This document shows, piece by piece, positions 27,650 to 49,683 of a stretch of 64,000 nt of DNA (position 1 is its first letter; the number at the start of each line of letters is the position of its first letter). A model generated the notes under the pieces. The model was not told the DNA's origin. It made no database searches and saw nothing but the letters and a program-made list of their open reading frames with translations. This stretch comes from Chrysomallon squamiferum (lineage: Eukaryota; Animalia; Mollusca). A program made the position numbers and the translations under genes. The stretch lies in NCBI GenBank assembly GCA_012295275.1, contig CM022667.1, positions 10,168,001 through 10,232,000 of the forward strand, in the 5' to 3' direction.

Positions 27650-28477
27650 TGTTTATCATGTCAGGATCAATCTATGTTTTCATCTTAATTTAATTAATTA
27701 ATGATTTATGTATTTTATTTATTATTTACAAAAGACTTCTTTCCAAAATAACTGAAATTATTATTTCTAACAAATGCGATAATTCATAGTGATGAGGAGA
27801 CAAATCAGTGTTGTTGCACCGTTACCATTAAGTGTCTGATGTCAAATCTGCTGCTGATGTGACTCCATATTTAAAAAGTAACAAAATAATAAAGGGGTTA
27901 TAAATCAGCAGAGACGGCAGTTGTCATATTCATGAGTGACTTCTTTTATTGTCAGACTTTGTTATTAGTAAAGACTGATTTCATATTACAAATAATAACA
28001 TAAGAATATTATGGAACTGTACCTGCCAGTTCGTACTCCTATTCACAAAACCACACAATATATAATACAAATAAAATCATCATGTTTATAAACTGAATCA
28101 TCAGATTGATTACTTTTTACATTATTATTTTTTAGTTTTATTATTTGTTATTTTCTTTACTTTTTGACATGATTATTTTTTTTTATAAAAATAAATAAAT
28201 AAATAAAACAGCTTTTAATGAATCATAATTTATAATCCCTTTTATGAATAAAACAAACTTTACTATTTATATAATTTTTTTAAAATGTGAGAGATACAGT
28301 CATAATAAACATTAAATAAACAGCAGCTTTAATTAGAAATAATGTAACCGTTTTACCTCAAATAGAAAACTTTTGCTTTCATCCCTGCCAATCTTTTCCC
28401 AGTCCTGAGGAAAAATAATAATATATATCTATATATCTATCTGTCTGTCATTCTATCTATCTACCTATCTATCTATC

Positions 28478-28559
<82 letters not shown>

Positions 28560-29185
28560 CATCTATATATATATTTAATCACAAGTACACTCAAGTGACA
28601 GAGTAAGCAGTATCTGTAATCATCTTTTTACACACAATGATCGTAACTACAAGAAAAACACATCAATTAGTTTGTCTAACCTAATCGTTTTCTTAAAATG
28701 AATGGGAAAACAATTATTGTTGTTTTTTGTTTGTTTGTTTGTTTTTTATGATAATTAATAACATTAGAATTAAAACAAAAAACAACAAGAATCATTTATC
28801 CCATTATTATTTCAGTTGGTACGAAACATTCAGAAAAATTCCCTAGTCATAGATGCATGTTAATGTCTTACCTGTTTTCGCATATTATCAGGGAGTCCCT
28901 TGATCAGCAGTTTTATGAAATGTTTGTCCTTTTCGTCCAGTCCATGTTTTTCAAATTCTTCATCAAGTTTGTTTTCTTCAATTAAATGGTCAAACATCAT
29001 TTTAGTAGCCTCCTCGTGCTGAATCAAAACATGATCACAAAGAATAGGTTTATAGATATTACAACAACAATTAAAAAAATACTAGAAAGAATATTTTAAA
29101 AGGTTTGAGATTACCTTTTCAACAAAAATTATTACAGTTTTAAATCATAACTGAATCATTATTTTAAAAAATAAAAGAAATCATA

Positions 29186-29248
<63 letters not shown>

Positions 29249-29620
29249 ATACATCCAAACACGTAGAATTTAATTAAGTTTTAGCCATACGAACACGTAC
29301 ACAGAAGATTTACTGAAAACGATATTATTTAAAACATTTATAAATTTTCATGTAGTTTAAAACAAAATAAAACTTCCTTAATTTTCATTTTAAGCTGTTC
29401 GTTGTTCTAGGAATAATTGGAACGCGGAGGAGGGACTTTTTGTTTATTTATATATTTCTATTTATTTAAATATGGAGGCACGACAAAGATAGTTGTTGAC
29501 TGATTTCAGTAAGGGCTTTGAAATAAATAAATATAAAACTGTTTGAGGTGGAAAGCTGGGTACAGGCAGGCATGATAAACAATTTATTTTTTTGTTATTA
29601 TCTTTTTTCTTCAAAATTTA

Positions 29621-29659
<39 letters not shown>

Positions 29660-30375
29660 TATGAGATCAAATTCAAAGATAAACAAAACAAACACTCCAT
29701 TCTGATTTCTCTGGTCGTATTTTTCGAATGAATAACTTTTCAAATAAATGTGAATATGGTCCATGTCCTGCAAAAAAAAAATAAAAAAAAAAAATAAAAA
29801 AATAATAATAATAATAAAAAAAGGTAAATAAATAAATAAATAAATAAATAATAATAATAATCATAATAAACAGTTCAATTCTTTATGATTTAAAATACTG
29901 TATGAAAAAAAAAAACAGAAGAAGTTTAATTATAAATCGGTAACCATGATTACTAAAGGATTTCAAATCTTAAACTGAATGTTAGTCCATTCGCAATTTC
30001 AGTAACTAGATTACTGGTAAACATAGAGCATGGTCAGCATTTTATTGTGCTGCTGTTTGTAATAGTGGAAATCAGTTTTATTACACAGAGAAATGTTTCA
30101 AATTATTACCCAGGTCATGACAAAGTCCAGCGATTTGTACACAAAGTTTATCTTTCTCACTTATGTTCAGTTCTTTCTGTTTGTCCATTAATGTCTGTAC
30201 AAACTCCCCAGCCAGGTGATATACACTACAAATTAAATTTAAATAAATAACAAATAATTTAAATAATTAGACAATTAATTAATTTGTATAATAAAAGTAT
30301 TAAATTAATAACTTCATTGTTTAATGAAATAAGTAATACTACTACTACTAATAATAATAATAACAACAACAAAAA

Positions 30376-30427
<52 letters not shown>

Positions 30428-30779
30428 TTTGAGAACAGAAAATGTTATTGTTGCCATAGGTCATGCAGAAATCAAGTGAACACTTTTGCAATGAATACTA
30501 TAACTTTTATTTGTCGAAAAACATTTAACAACAATAAATAACAAAACAACACCACCAATAAAAGTCTTTCTTTGATTACTTTAGGTAGCAGTATAAAAAA
30601 GCCTCTAAAGTCTTCATGTGGTGGTACGAAAAATTATTCAATAAACATTTTCATTCTTCAAGTTATTATTTTATAACTTTGGCTGACTTACAATCGTTCA
30701 TAACAATTTAATTTTATAGTAAAGTAATATTTTTATAAAACATTTTTAATGTCATCACTTTACCCCGATAGAGACTATT

Positions 30780-31420
30780 GACAACTACATTTTAATGGAA
30801 CAGAAATCTTGGAACAGAGACAAAAACCAAGGCAAGCAGATTCATAAATGAATCTTGATCGGCTGGACCGCATTTACGAAACATCTTGCAACAAATCTGG
30901 GAACCTGGTTGAATAGACAAATCTACAACTCATCCTATTTCTAACTTCGGAGCTGTCAGTTAAGCAAAATAACAACCCAGCTTTTCAGAAACAAAGATGG
31001 AATCGAGTACATTGATCATCAGCTATGGAGACCGAAAACCAAAAATAAGGGTAAAAGAGAAGATGGATAAAGATGTGACTGCATAGATTAAAAGATTGAA
31101 GTGGACCTGGGCAGGACACGTAACAGACCAGAAGATAACCGACAGACATCGACTGTCACCTCCATGAAATCTGCAGGGATAAAGTATATGAGTACCTGAA
31201 GGGAACCATCTGGGTAAAACCAAAGGTTGAGAAACTTGGAAATATGTAGGATGCTGTGTTCAAATCGATTTAAAGAAGCTGCAGAATAAACAAAGTAAGC
31301 CATGAAATATGCATGGATGAAGTAAATGAGTACCGGAAAGGAACTATCTCGGAGAAAACGATACAAGAGAGGAATCTGAGCCTTTCACTCCACAACAGGA
31401 CAATTAGTAAAGAAAAGAAA
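30780..31420 (+). mobile_element. Decayed RTE-type LINE RT fragment interleaved with an E1 fragment
   Basis: IGWTAFTKH (~30855) and IKRLKWTWAGHV (~31088) are typical RTE RT C-terminal motifs; minus-strand AYFVYSAASLNRFEHSI (31250-31302) is embedded. Confidence 0.65.
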
Positions 31421-32029
31421 GAAAACTCTGAAAGTGTACAGAATACACATAGACTATTTATTAAGAAAATAAAAGTAATTTACCCGATTTTATTTAAATC
31501 GATTATGTTTATATTTATCTGCAGGATAAACTAAGAAAGCCAAACCAAGGTGCTTTATAAAACGAAGTCTGTAAAAAAATGCATCGTATCTATTATCTTT
31601 ATACTCAGAGGATCCACTTCAATGCATATATATAGTGGGTTATTTAATCAAAGAAATATATACGTATAAGAATGTATATAACTGCTACTGTGGAAAGAAA
31701 GAAATAATACACACACAAACACAAACATATTAATGTATTACCTTTTTGTGTCTAATATGTGCATACTTCCATGTGCATGTTTAATAATATATATATATAT
31801 ATATTGATGTACATCTATAACATAATATGATGACGAAATGAAGTATGCAGTTAATAACAGAATATACTGTAAAAAATATCTGATTAAATAGTTTTGCAAT
31901 AAATACCGAGAGCTATTTAATAATAATAATAATAATACAAATAATAATAAATAAACTGTAAAAAAAATAGCAAGAAGAAACAGTCTCTAATAAGAAAATT
32001 GTTTTGTTTTAGAATCTTAATTCAGTTAC

Positions 32030-32099
32030 CTTTTTCTTGACATTTTTTTTTTACTCTGTTATTACTCCATCAGAATTTCTGACAACAACAACAACAAAA

Positions 32100-32182
<83 letters not shown>

Positions 32183-32586
32183 GCAACAGTATTAATTATA
32201 ATACTATAAGAAAATTATTTTGTTTTTAGAATCTTAATTGAGTTATTATTTTTCTTGACATTTTTCCTCTGATTTCCCTCCATCAGACTTTCTGACAAGC
32301 AACAACAGTAATGACTTAAAATAACAACAACAACAACAAATCCAGTCAACAACAATAATAACAATAATAATAAATATAATAATAGTAAATTATAAAAAAA
32401 ACAACAGTCACTAGTAAAATTGTTTTGTTTTAGAATTTGTTTTCAGTTTCCTTTTTCTTGACATTCTCTTTCTGATTTCCTCCATCAGACTTTCTGACAA
32501 ACAACAAATTTCATAAATTTTATAACAGTAATAATAATAAACATCATTAACAACTTACAATTTTTAAAAATTAATAATGATTTAAT

Positions 32587-32622
<36 letters not shown>

Positions 32623-32955
32623 GAAGAAGAAGAATAAAGAAGAAGAAGAAGAAGAAGAAGAAAAAACTAAACAATAAACAACAACAAGAAAGTTCATTTC
32701 AGTCAATATGAAAATTTGTTTGTTTTAGAATCTTAATTCAGTAACATTTTTCTTGACATTCTCTTTTCTGGTTTCCCTCCATCAGACTTTCTGACAACAA
32801 CAACAAAAACAAGAACTATAATCATAATAATAAATTATAAGAATAAGCATCAACACGAAGAAACAGTCACTAATAAGAAAATTATTTTTTTAGAATGTTA
32901 ATTCAGTTACCTTTTTCTTGACATTCTCTTTTCTGGGTTTTCTGTATCAGACATT
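32030..32955 (-). repeat. Five tandem copies of the basic N-terminal mini-exon (N2) with flanking intron
   Basis: TCAG|AAAGTCTGATGGAG...GTCAAGAAAAAG|GTAACT-like units at 32030-32078, ~32247-32291, 32451-32493, 32746-32790 and 32911-32955; each has a stop, a length shift or a broken donor. Confidence 0.8.
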
Positions 32956-34523
32956 CTGACAAATAATAATAATAATAATGATGATGAAAAAAAAATTAAT
33001 AATAATAATTATGATTATGATAATAGTTGAATGATGATGATGATGATAATAATAAAAATAATGAAAATAATAATAATAACAATAATAATATTGCAAGAGA
33101 AAGTCACACATTTCTGACATTCCATAAATCAGTATTTTCTAGGCAGCAGGGGAATGAACAGTTATTTCATAATTATTTCACCCATCTACCACACCTAGCG
33201 ATGACAATCTGTGAATTACATTTTATGGTGATTGTGGGTATGTTGTATCATTCAGTGACATTAACAGATAAATTCATTCAGTAACTCTGAACAAAAATAA
33301 ATAAATAAATAAATAAATAAACAAAAAGTAGATTTTTTGTAATATGAAATACTTAACTTGTTTGCCTATCGCCTATCGTTTCTTTTTTGAATGAGTATAT
33401 TACGTTTGCTACATGAATGACTATAATCAGATATACAAAGATCAAGAAACCATAAACAGATGTTAGTGATATTTCAGTACCCGAGGAGTGTCTTTTGTTT
33501 TAATGTTTTCTAACTTTTTATTATCGTTATTATTATTATTTTTTTTTTTTTTATTAACGTACAAATAAATAATGCCACTATGCGGAGCCGACTAAGAAAT
33601 CTTGTTAGTAATTTACTAGCAACAGAGAACTAACTCTTGTTGTTATATATCGTCCAAACACACGAGATAAACTAACATGGCGTATTTTGTTGTTGTTTTC
33701 CTTGTTTTTTTTCATTCCATACCATTTTTTATTATTATTATTATTATTATTTTTGTATGTATTATTATAGTAATATAGTTGTTATTGAAAATCACTTCAG
33801 TGGTTCTCGTCTGACATGAATGGGTAATTCAGCAACGCGTTACTTTCGTGGGCGATGGGGTAGTGAGGGTGGGTAGGGATTGAAATATATTGAGCACAAA
33901 ATCAAACATTTTTATTGCTTTAAATTAACATAAACTGTAGATTATTTTTTTGTTTTGTTTTGTTAATGTGTTTACAGAAATGCGATGACTAAATATTTGA
34001 CATTTTCGTTGATAGCTGGTATTAAGTCACCTTCACTCTGTCCATCAAATAAATTCATTTATTGATAAAATAGGGTTTATCAAAATAGTTTTGAGAATGG
34101 AAAAAATCGTTTCTTTATTATTATTATTATTATTTTCTAATATTAATAAAAAAAATATCACTGGAATTAACAATATCCAACAAGAACATTTTTTTCTCAA
34201 TATAGCTTTTTTCTTCAGCATTTTAATTTAATTTAATTTAATTTAATTTACATCTTCCTGTACAAATATGACATTTGTGCTCTTAGTACAATTTGAAAAC
34301 AAATCACTTAATTCACGTTTGCTTATTTTCTTTATTTCAAATTTGATATCTAAATAACTCGCATTTAGCGGCGAACCCTTTTTGTGTTATACTTAATATG
34401 TTTTGTATTCACATATAAACAGAACAGAATCTCGACACTGAATTTAATACGTCAATAAACAGTTTTGATATGTGAAGATTTAACAAACTAAAAAGGCAAA
34501 AATGTAATTCTAATTTATTTTGG

Positions 34524-34556
<33 letters not shown>

Positions 34557-34775
34557 TAGTTACCATGTTCCAGGGTTGTAGTTATATAGTTATATATCTA
34601 CATTTTTGGTTTGCTGTCATAGTAATATTAGCACATAAATTAATAGCAAATAAAGATTTTGTTTGTTTGTTTGTTTGTTTCACTCACCTTAGAGATATCA
34701 CAGATTAATGTGCAGGCTTGATACTTTTATTCAGACTCCAGCCATAACGTTTGATTTGTACTGACATAATTTCAG

Positions 34776-34793
34776 GAAATCAAAACCGAAACT
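34776..34793. promoter_or_regulatory. ISRE-like site upstream of the copy C first exon
   Basis: GAAA-TC-AAAA-CC-GAAA-CT, 31 bp upstream of the ATG at 34745; same position as in copy B. Confidence 0.55.
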
Positions 34794-34939
34794 TACATCA
34801 TAAAAGTGTCCTCGTTTTGTATTGCAGTGTTATTCACGTGACGCTAAATATTCACTGCTCATATGTGTGCATATTTGTTTTTTAATTTGACTGAATTATT
34901 TATTTATTTATGTTCGAGATTATTTCACATTATTTATTA

Positions 34940-35457
34940 CCGTATATACTTGTGTACAAGGCGACCTTATGTATAAGTCGATGTGTATTTTAAGACCAAA
35001 AATTGCGTCATTTTAGGTATTACTTGTGTATAAGTCGACTGTAGATTCCAGGCACCGTCACTATTTTTAGACCAGTGCTATAGCCTGAGTTTTGTTTATG
35101 AAATTAGGACCGATATTTAGTGTAATTTGGCAGAGAAGTCTGCATTCCTAGATCATTGAAAGACGCCGTAAGGCATAACGCCGTACTGACGGTTTTCTCG
35201 CTTTAAAATGTATTTTTATGTCATTAAACGGAAGAATATCATGTTTTACATTCATATTTGGTTTTGTTATTTAATTTTTCAAAATTTTATAATTTTGAAA
35301 AGCTGAAAGACCGCGATTATTTTAAATGCATCCCGTAGCAAAAAATAGTCAAAATGGCGACTCTTCAGCAAAAGCATTACCTATGTATAAGTCGACCCCC
35401 AAAATATTACCTTAATATAGTCTCCCAAAAATTCGACTTATACACAAGTATATACGA
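34940..35457. mobile_element. Non-autonomous Tc1/mariner-superfamily (pogo/Tc2-like) MITE
   Basis: TIRs CCGTATATACTTGTGTACAAGGCGA ... TCGACTTATACACAAGTATATACGA, flanked by TA; internal TGTATAAGTCGA repeats; absent from the paralogous promoter blocks (~19445, ~53765). Confidence 0.85.
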
Positions 35458-35551
35458 TAATTTTTTATTTATTTATTTATTCAGATAATTAGATAGATAG
35501 ATAGATACATACATACACACATACACACACACACATACATACATACATACA

Positions 35552-35585
<34 letters not shown>

Positions 35586-35771
35586 CATACATACATACAT
35601 ACATACAAACATAGATATATTGATTGATTGACATTCCCGTAAGCCGGATTTAAACCAACAATGTCTATTTTTATTTGTTTTTTAAATTTTGGTTTGTTCA
35701 TTTTGTTGTTTTTCTTATTTTCTTTTTTCTTCTTCTTCGTCTTTTATTATCAGGAATATTTCTTAATTTGA

Positions 35772-35789
35772 GAAATCGAAACCGAAACT
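35772..35789. promoter_or_regulatory. Consensus-perfect ISRE between the divergent copies C and D
   Basis: GAAATCGAAACCGAAACT = three GAAANN modules; includes GAAACCGAAACT, the classical ISRE core. Confidence 0.65.
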
Positions 35790-35965
35790 TTTCTTACTGT
35801 CATGAATCTAAGGCTTCTTTTCGTTGGTTTATTTTTTTCATTTTCACTATTTCTATTAACGAGAGAGAATCGCTGCTTGTTTGATATAGCTCTGTTGCTA
35901 ACAAACTACTTATTTGTCTGTGCGCAGTAACGTTAGTTTTTTTTTTTATCGTTAATTGTTCACAT

Positions 35966-36392
35966 GAAAGGTATACGTTACATTCAAAGTACACCGAAAC
36001 AACAATCACCTGGATACAACCCACTGAGACCAGATTATAGTTTCTTGATCTTTTGTAAAATATGAATCGTGTAGCAAATATATAGTTAAGTCTTTATTTC
36101 TTGAATAGTTAATGTTTCATTGTGACAGAACAATGTTTTTATCTTACGCTTGCCAAATGTCATCTCTGTCATGATTCTTGTTTCGGTCTGTGTCATCCAC
36201 AAAAAGTCGTGAGTTCACCTGGGTCGTGAGAAGCGCTTTAAGTTTTATTACGGGTTTTTGTTTTGCAGAATGATCTGGCGACAAACGTGTAGGGATAAAG
36301 TTCGAACCGTGTTGATTTTTTATGGATATTTTTTTTTTTTTGTTATGAGAGAACTGTGGAACGCAATGTACGGCTACATCTAGGTAACTAGT

Positions 36393-36433
<41 letters not shown>

Positions 36434-36886
36434 TTATTTATTTATCTCTGTTCTGCTTCAGTAATCCTTATGTGATTGTTGTCAGAGATTACCATTATTC
36501 TAGAACTGTAGTGCTATAGTGAATTTATAGCTAGCGCTCATAGTTTTAAAAGTGTCTTATATTTTTTGTGTTTCTAATGAACAAAAACGTTTATATATAT
36601 ATAAGCATATACAGATCCTGTTATCTGATAATGTGAAGCCAACTCGGGTAGTGTGACCTGCCTGATCTAGAGATATATAGTTCAGTTTTTATCTCTTGAA
36701 TAGTTAATGTATCATTCACTGTCATTTTATAAATAGTATTTTCTCGCTAAATGTTTTATTATTACCTATTCTTTCACTTAATGACACATATCATCTTTCA
36801 TGCACACTATCAGACCCTCAAAAATATTGCCTATTCAGAATCAGTAAATTCACACACATTCACACATAGATAAAAATAAAATGCAA

Positions 36887-36917
<31 letters not shown>

Positions 36918-37889
36918 TATACACACACATTTCAGATTTTTAATGATGCCATTCATGGCAGTACTGAAGTGGATCCTCTGAGTATAAAGATAATAGATAC
37001 GATGCAGTTTCAGAGACTTCGTTTTCTAAAACAACTTGACTTCACTTACTTTCTTTATCCTGCAGCTTCACATAATCGATTTGAACACAGCACCGGGCAA
37101 GTTTTTTTAAACTTATTTAATGTGTACCTTTAATTTCTGTTTTTGTAATTATATATATAAACAGAACAATATCTGGACACTGAACGTAATATGTCAATAA
37201 AGAGTTTTTAAATATGAAGATTTTACAAACTAAAATGACCAAAATGTAATTTGTATTTATTTTGGTTTTATATATATGTGTGTTCTTTCATTCACCCACA
37301 TACACCATGTTTTATACACACTATAACACATTCACAAATGGACAGACTATTCAGAGTCACTACATGCACACACATATAGATAGAAATAAAATGTATAAAT
37401 ACGTACATACATATTTCACAATTTTAATGACTCTATCCATGGCAGCATTGAAGTGGATCCTCTGAGTATAAAGATAATAGACACGATGCAGTTTCAGAGA
37501 CTTCGTTTTCTAAAACAACTTGGTTTGACTTACTTTGTTTATCCTGCAGCATCTCATAATCGATTTGAACACAGCATCGGGTAACTTATTTTTATATATT
37601 TAAGGTTTCCCTTTATTGACAAGCAGAAACATCCTAAATATATTTTAAATACTTCCAAGTTAGATTTCCTTCCTTTATTCATTTTTAATTATTATTGGTT
37701 TTTTATTATTATTATTTCGTTCTTGTTGTTATTGTCGCTGCTGTTGGAATCAATAAACAGAACAACAGTTTGAAAGTACCCGAGTGCCGCCATTTCTATG
37801 CAGTCAGGACGTCATCGCGTCAAGTTTCTTTTAGACAGTCAAACAATATTGTCTATCTGTCTATCCATCTACCTAATTAAGTATTTTGT

Positions 37890-37923
<34 letters not shown>

Positions 37924-38439
37924 CTCTTTTCTCTCTCTCTTAATCAATCTTATATATATCATTCTTTTTTTCTCTCTATTCTTATTCTATTTGTTGTTGT
38001 TGTTGTTTTCCATGTTTTGAAAGGTATACGTTACATTCAAAGTACACTCAACAATCACCTGGATACAACCCACTGAGACCAGATTATAGTTTCTTGATCT
38101 TTTGTAAAATATGAATCGTGTAGCAAATATATAGTTAAGTCTTTATTTCTTGAATAGTTAATTTTTCATTCATTGACAGAACAATGTTTTTATCTTACGC
38201 TTGCCAAATGTCATCTCTGTCATGATTCTTGTTTCGGTCTGTGTCATCCACAAAAAGTCGTGAGTTCACCTGGGTCGTGAGAAGCGCTTTAAGTTTTTTT
38301 ACGGGTTTTGTTTTGCAGAATGATCTGGCGACAAACGTGTAGGGATAAAGTTCGAACCGTGTTGATTTTTTATGGATATTTTTTTTTTGTTATGAGAGAA
38401 CTGTGGAACGCAATGTACGGCTACATCTAGGTAACTAGT

Positions 38440-38488
<49 letters not shown>

Positions 38489-38953
38489 TTATTTATTTAT
38501 TTATTTATCTCTGTTCTGCTTCAGTAATCCTTATGTGATTGTTGTCAGAGATTACCATTATTCTAGAACTGTAGTGCTATAGTGAATTTATAGCTAGCGC
38601 TCATAGTTTTAAAAGTGTCTTATATTTTTTGTGTTTCTAATGAACAAAAACGTTTATATATATATAAGCATATACAGATCCTGTTATCTGATAATGTGAA
38701 GCCAACTCGGGTAGTGTGACCTGCCTGATCTAGAGATATATAGTTCAGTTTTTATCTCTTGAATAGTTAATGTATCATTCACTGTCATTTTATAAATAGT
38801 ATTTTCTCGCTAAAGATTAAATGTTTTATTATTACCTATTCTTTCACTTAATGACACATATCATCTTTCATGCACACTATCAGACCCTCAAAAATATTGC
38901 CTATTCAGAATCAGTAAATTCACACACATTCACACATAGATAAAAATAAAATG

Positions 38954-38993
<40 letters not shown>

Positions 38994-39730
38994 TATACAC
39001 ACACATTTCAGATTTTTAATGATGCCATTCATGGCAGTACTGAAGTGGATCCTCTGAGTATAAAGATAATAGATACGATGCAGTTTCAGAGACTTCGTTT
39101 TCTAAAACAACTTGGTTTCACTTACTTTCTTTATCCTGCAGCTTCACATAATCGATTTGAACACAGCACCGGGCAAGTTTTTTTTAACTTATTTAATGTG
39201 TACCTTTAATTTCTGTTTTTGTAATTATATATATAAACAGAACAATATCTGGACACTGAACGTAATATGTCAATAAAGAGTTTTTAAATATGAAGATTTT
39301 ACAAACTAAAATGACCAAAATGTAATTTGTATTTATTTTGGTTTTATATATATGTGTGTTCTTTCATTCACTCACATACACCATGTTTTATACACACTAT
39401 AACACATTCACAAATGGACAGACTATTCAGAGTCACTACATGCACACACATATAGATAGAAATAAAATGTATAAATACATACATACACATTTCACAATTT
39501 TAATGACTATCCATGGCAGCATTGAAGTGGATCCTCGTAGTATAAAGATAATAGATACGATGCAGTTTCAGAGACTTCGTTTTCTAAAACAACTTGGTTT
39601 GACTTACTTAGTTTATCTTGCAGCTTCACATAATCGATTTGTACACAGCAACGGGTAACTTATTTTTATATATTTGAAATTTACCTTTATTGACAAGCAG
39701 AAACATCCTAAATATATTTTAAACACTTCC
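35966..39730 (+). repeat. Near-identical ~2.05-kb tandem duplication (35966-38018 vs 38019-~39730)
   Basis: GAAAGGTATACGTTACATTCAAAGTACAC restarts at 38019; the ORF track shows twin ORFs (37262/39338; 37695/40523). Confidence 0.9.
36936..39654 (+). pseudogene. Four supernumerary copies of core exon E1 upstream of copy D
   Basis: 36936-37096 and 39012-39172 (open frame, AG acceptor, GCAAGT donor); 37420-37580 (open, acceptor CAC); 39496-39654 (acceptor CAC, 2-nt deletion). Confidence 0.8.
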
Positions 39731-39755
39731 AGATTATAGTTTTCTTCATTAACTG

Positions 39756-39823
<68 letters not shown>

Positions 39824-39866
39824 CATCATCATCATCATTCCTGTTGTTGTTATTATTACTTCTCAG

Positions 39867-48376
<8,510 letters not shown>

Positions 48377-49102
48377 AAATTCAACAAACAGCAGTGTTCT
48401 CTAATCTTAAAACAAGTTTTCAAAAGGAACGTCTTACCTAACTTTAACATTTTAATAAGGTTTCTCCGCTAACGAGATATTTATTTTTATTTACCTTTTT
48501 GAATTGCGATAAACTGCACTTTAATCTATGATAACAAATTCATTTATTTGATTACCTTTTTGCCTTTATTTGTGATAATTTGCACTTTATTTTATTTTCA
48601 TTTCATTTATATTTGTGAGTATTTACACTTTCCCTCTGACAATAAATACCTTTATTTCATTACATTTTGACGTTAACTTTTGATAGTTGCTCTTTTCACT
48701 AACGAAATGATTGATATCGTTATTTTATTACTTCGAATGGCGAGTGTCTGTATGGCTCGCTTCGCTTACATGACACTACGGGTAATTATGAATAATTGCG
48801 AGAGCTGCTTATCTTAAAAGAGGTTAAGAATGATGTTAAACCGAGTATCCGCCCTTCATCAGTTTTATTCTGATTCTCCATTCGTTTGCTAGGCAGTAAT
48901 TTAAGAGAAAAGTGCTGTCGTAAGGATTGTCAAAATCTAGAGGTAGTAGATAAACCTGACAGATCGTCAGCTAGTAATGATGGGATTGTTTACCCAGCGT
49001 GTTATTGTGCGTGCCCCTCAGAAGCTGATTCCTAAAGTAGGAGAAGCGTTCTCGAAGGTTCTTACTCACACAGTGGGACCCCTTCCAAAAACTGGTCAGT
49101 GA

Positions 49103-49186
49103 AATGAAGAGTTGAACAAGACCAAACTCTTATGGACCTGAAACCCAGAGGACATTACACAAGAAGAATATGCAGAATTCTACAAA
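49103..49186 (+). pseudogene. Short Hsp90 coding fragment with an internal stop
   Basis: [27 protein letters not shown], compared with the conserved cytosolic Hsp90 EELNKTKPIWTRNPDDIT.EEYGEFYK. Confidence 0.85.
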
Positions 49187-49357
49187 TTCACGAAAGCGTT
49201 ATCGAGAGTTCATTGCGGAAAGAACTGTTAATTAATATTAAAATGTTAATGAAGTGATTATTGCGATGTGTCACCAAAACAATCTGCATTTATGAAGGGT
49301 AGGGAGGGCGTATGACGGTAAACCGTTATTATTATCATTATTAATATTATTATCATT

Positions 49358-49388
<31 letters not shown>

Positions 49389-49410
49389 TTATTATTGTTA
49401 TTATTATTAC

Positions 49411-49468
<58 letters not shown>

Positions 49469-49545
49469 GTTTGTTCTTCTCACGAAGTAGGGTCTTTATC
49501 TTCGATAAAGCAATGGAAAGTTTTCATAGTGATAGTGAGTGGTAC

Positions 49546-49683
49546 TGTTTGCTGTGTTTATTTAACTTAGAAAATTGGTCCTAACTTACATATTAAACAG
49601 TGGATCGCAGTTTATGTTTGTTCTGTTTATTTAACTGAGAAAATTGGTCCTAACTCAAATTTTAAACAATGGGTCGCAATTTA
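49546..49683. repeat. ~68-bp direct tandem dimer
   Basis: TGTTTATTTAACT(T/G)AGAAAATTGGTCCTAACT...AAACA.TGG.TCGCA.TTTA occurs twice. Confidence 0.8.

Larger units (their letters stand above)
23338..34745 (-). pseudogene. SAMHD1: SAMHD1-like copy C (type II): E2-E14 intact, 5' exons decayed
   Basis: Intact in-frame exons: 30110-30225 (CHDLG), 29694-29767, 28872-29018, 28357-28404, 27312-27479, 26619-26710 (IHRRASKH), 26239-26295, 25327-25516, 24931-25011, 24205-24309, 23927-24056, 23338-23375. E1 at ~31484-31625 is frameshifted, lacks its 5' part and has lost FEHS. The first exon (34688-34745) reads ATG GCT GGA GTC TGA. Confidence 0.75.

Noticed and set aside
32030-32955. Repeat-spacer pattern reminiscent of a CRISPR array
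   Set aside because: Eukaryotic context; the repeats are diverged exon copies with splice sites, the spacers are microsatellites, and there are no cas genes
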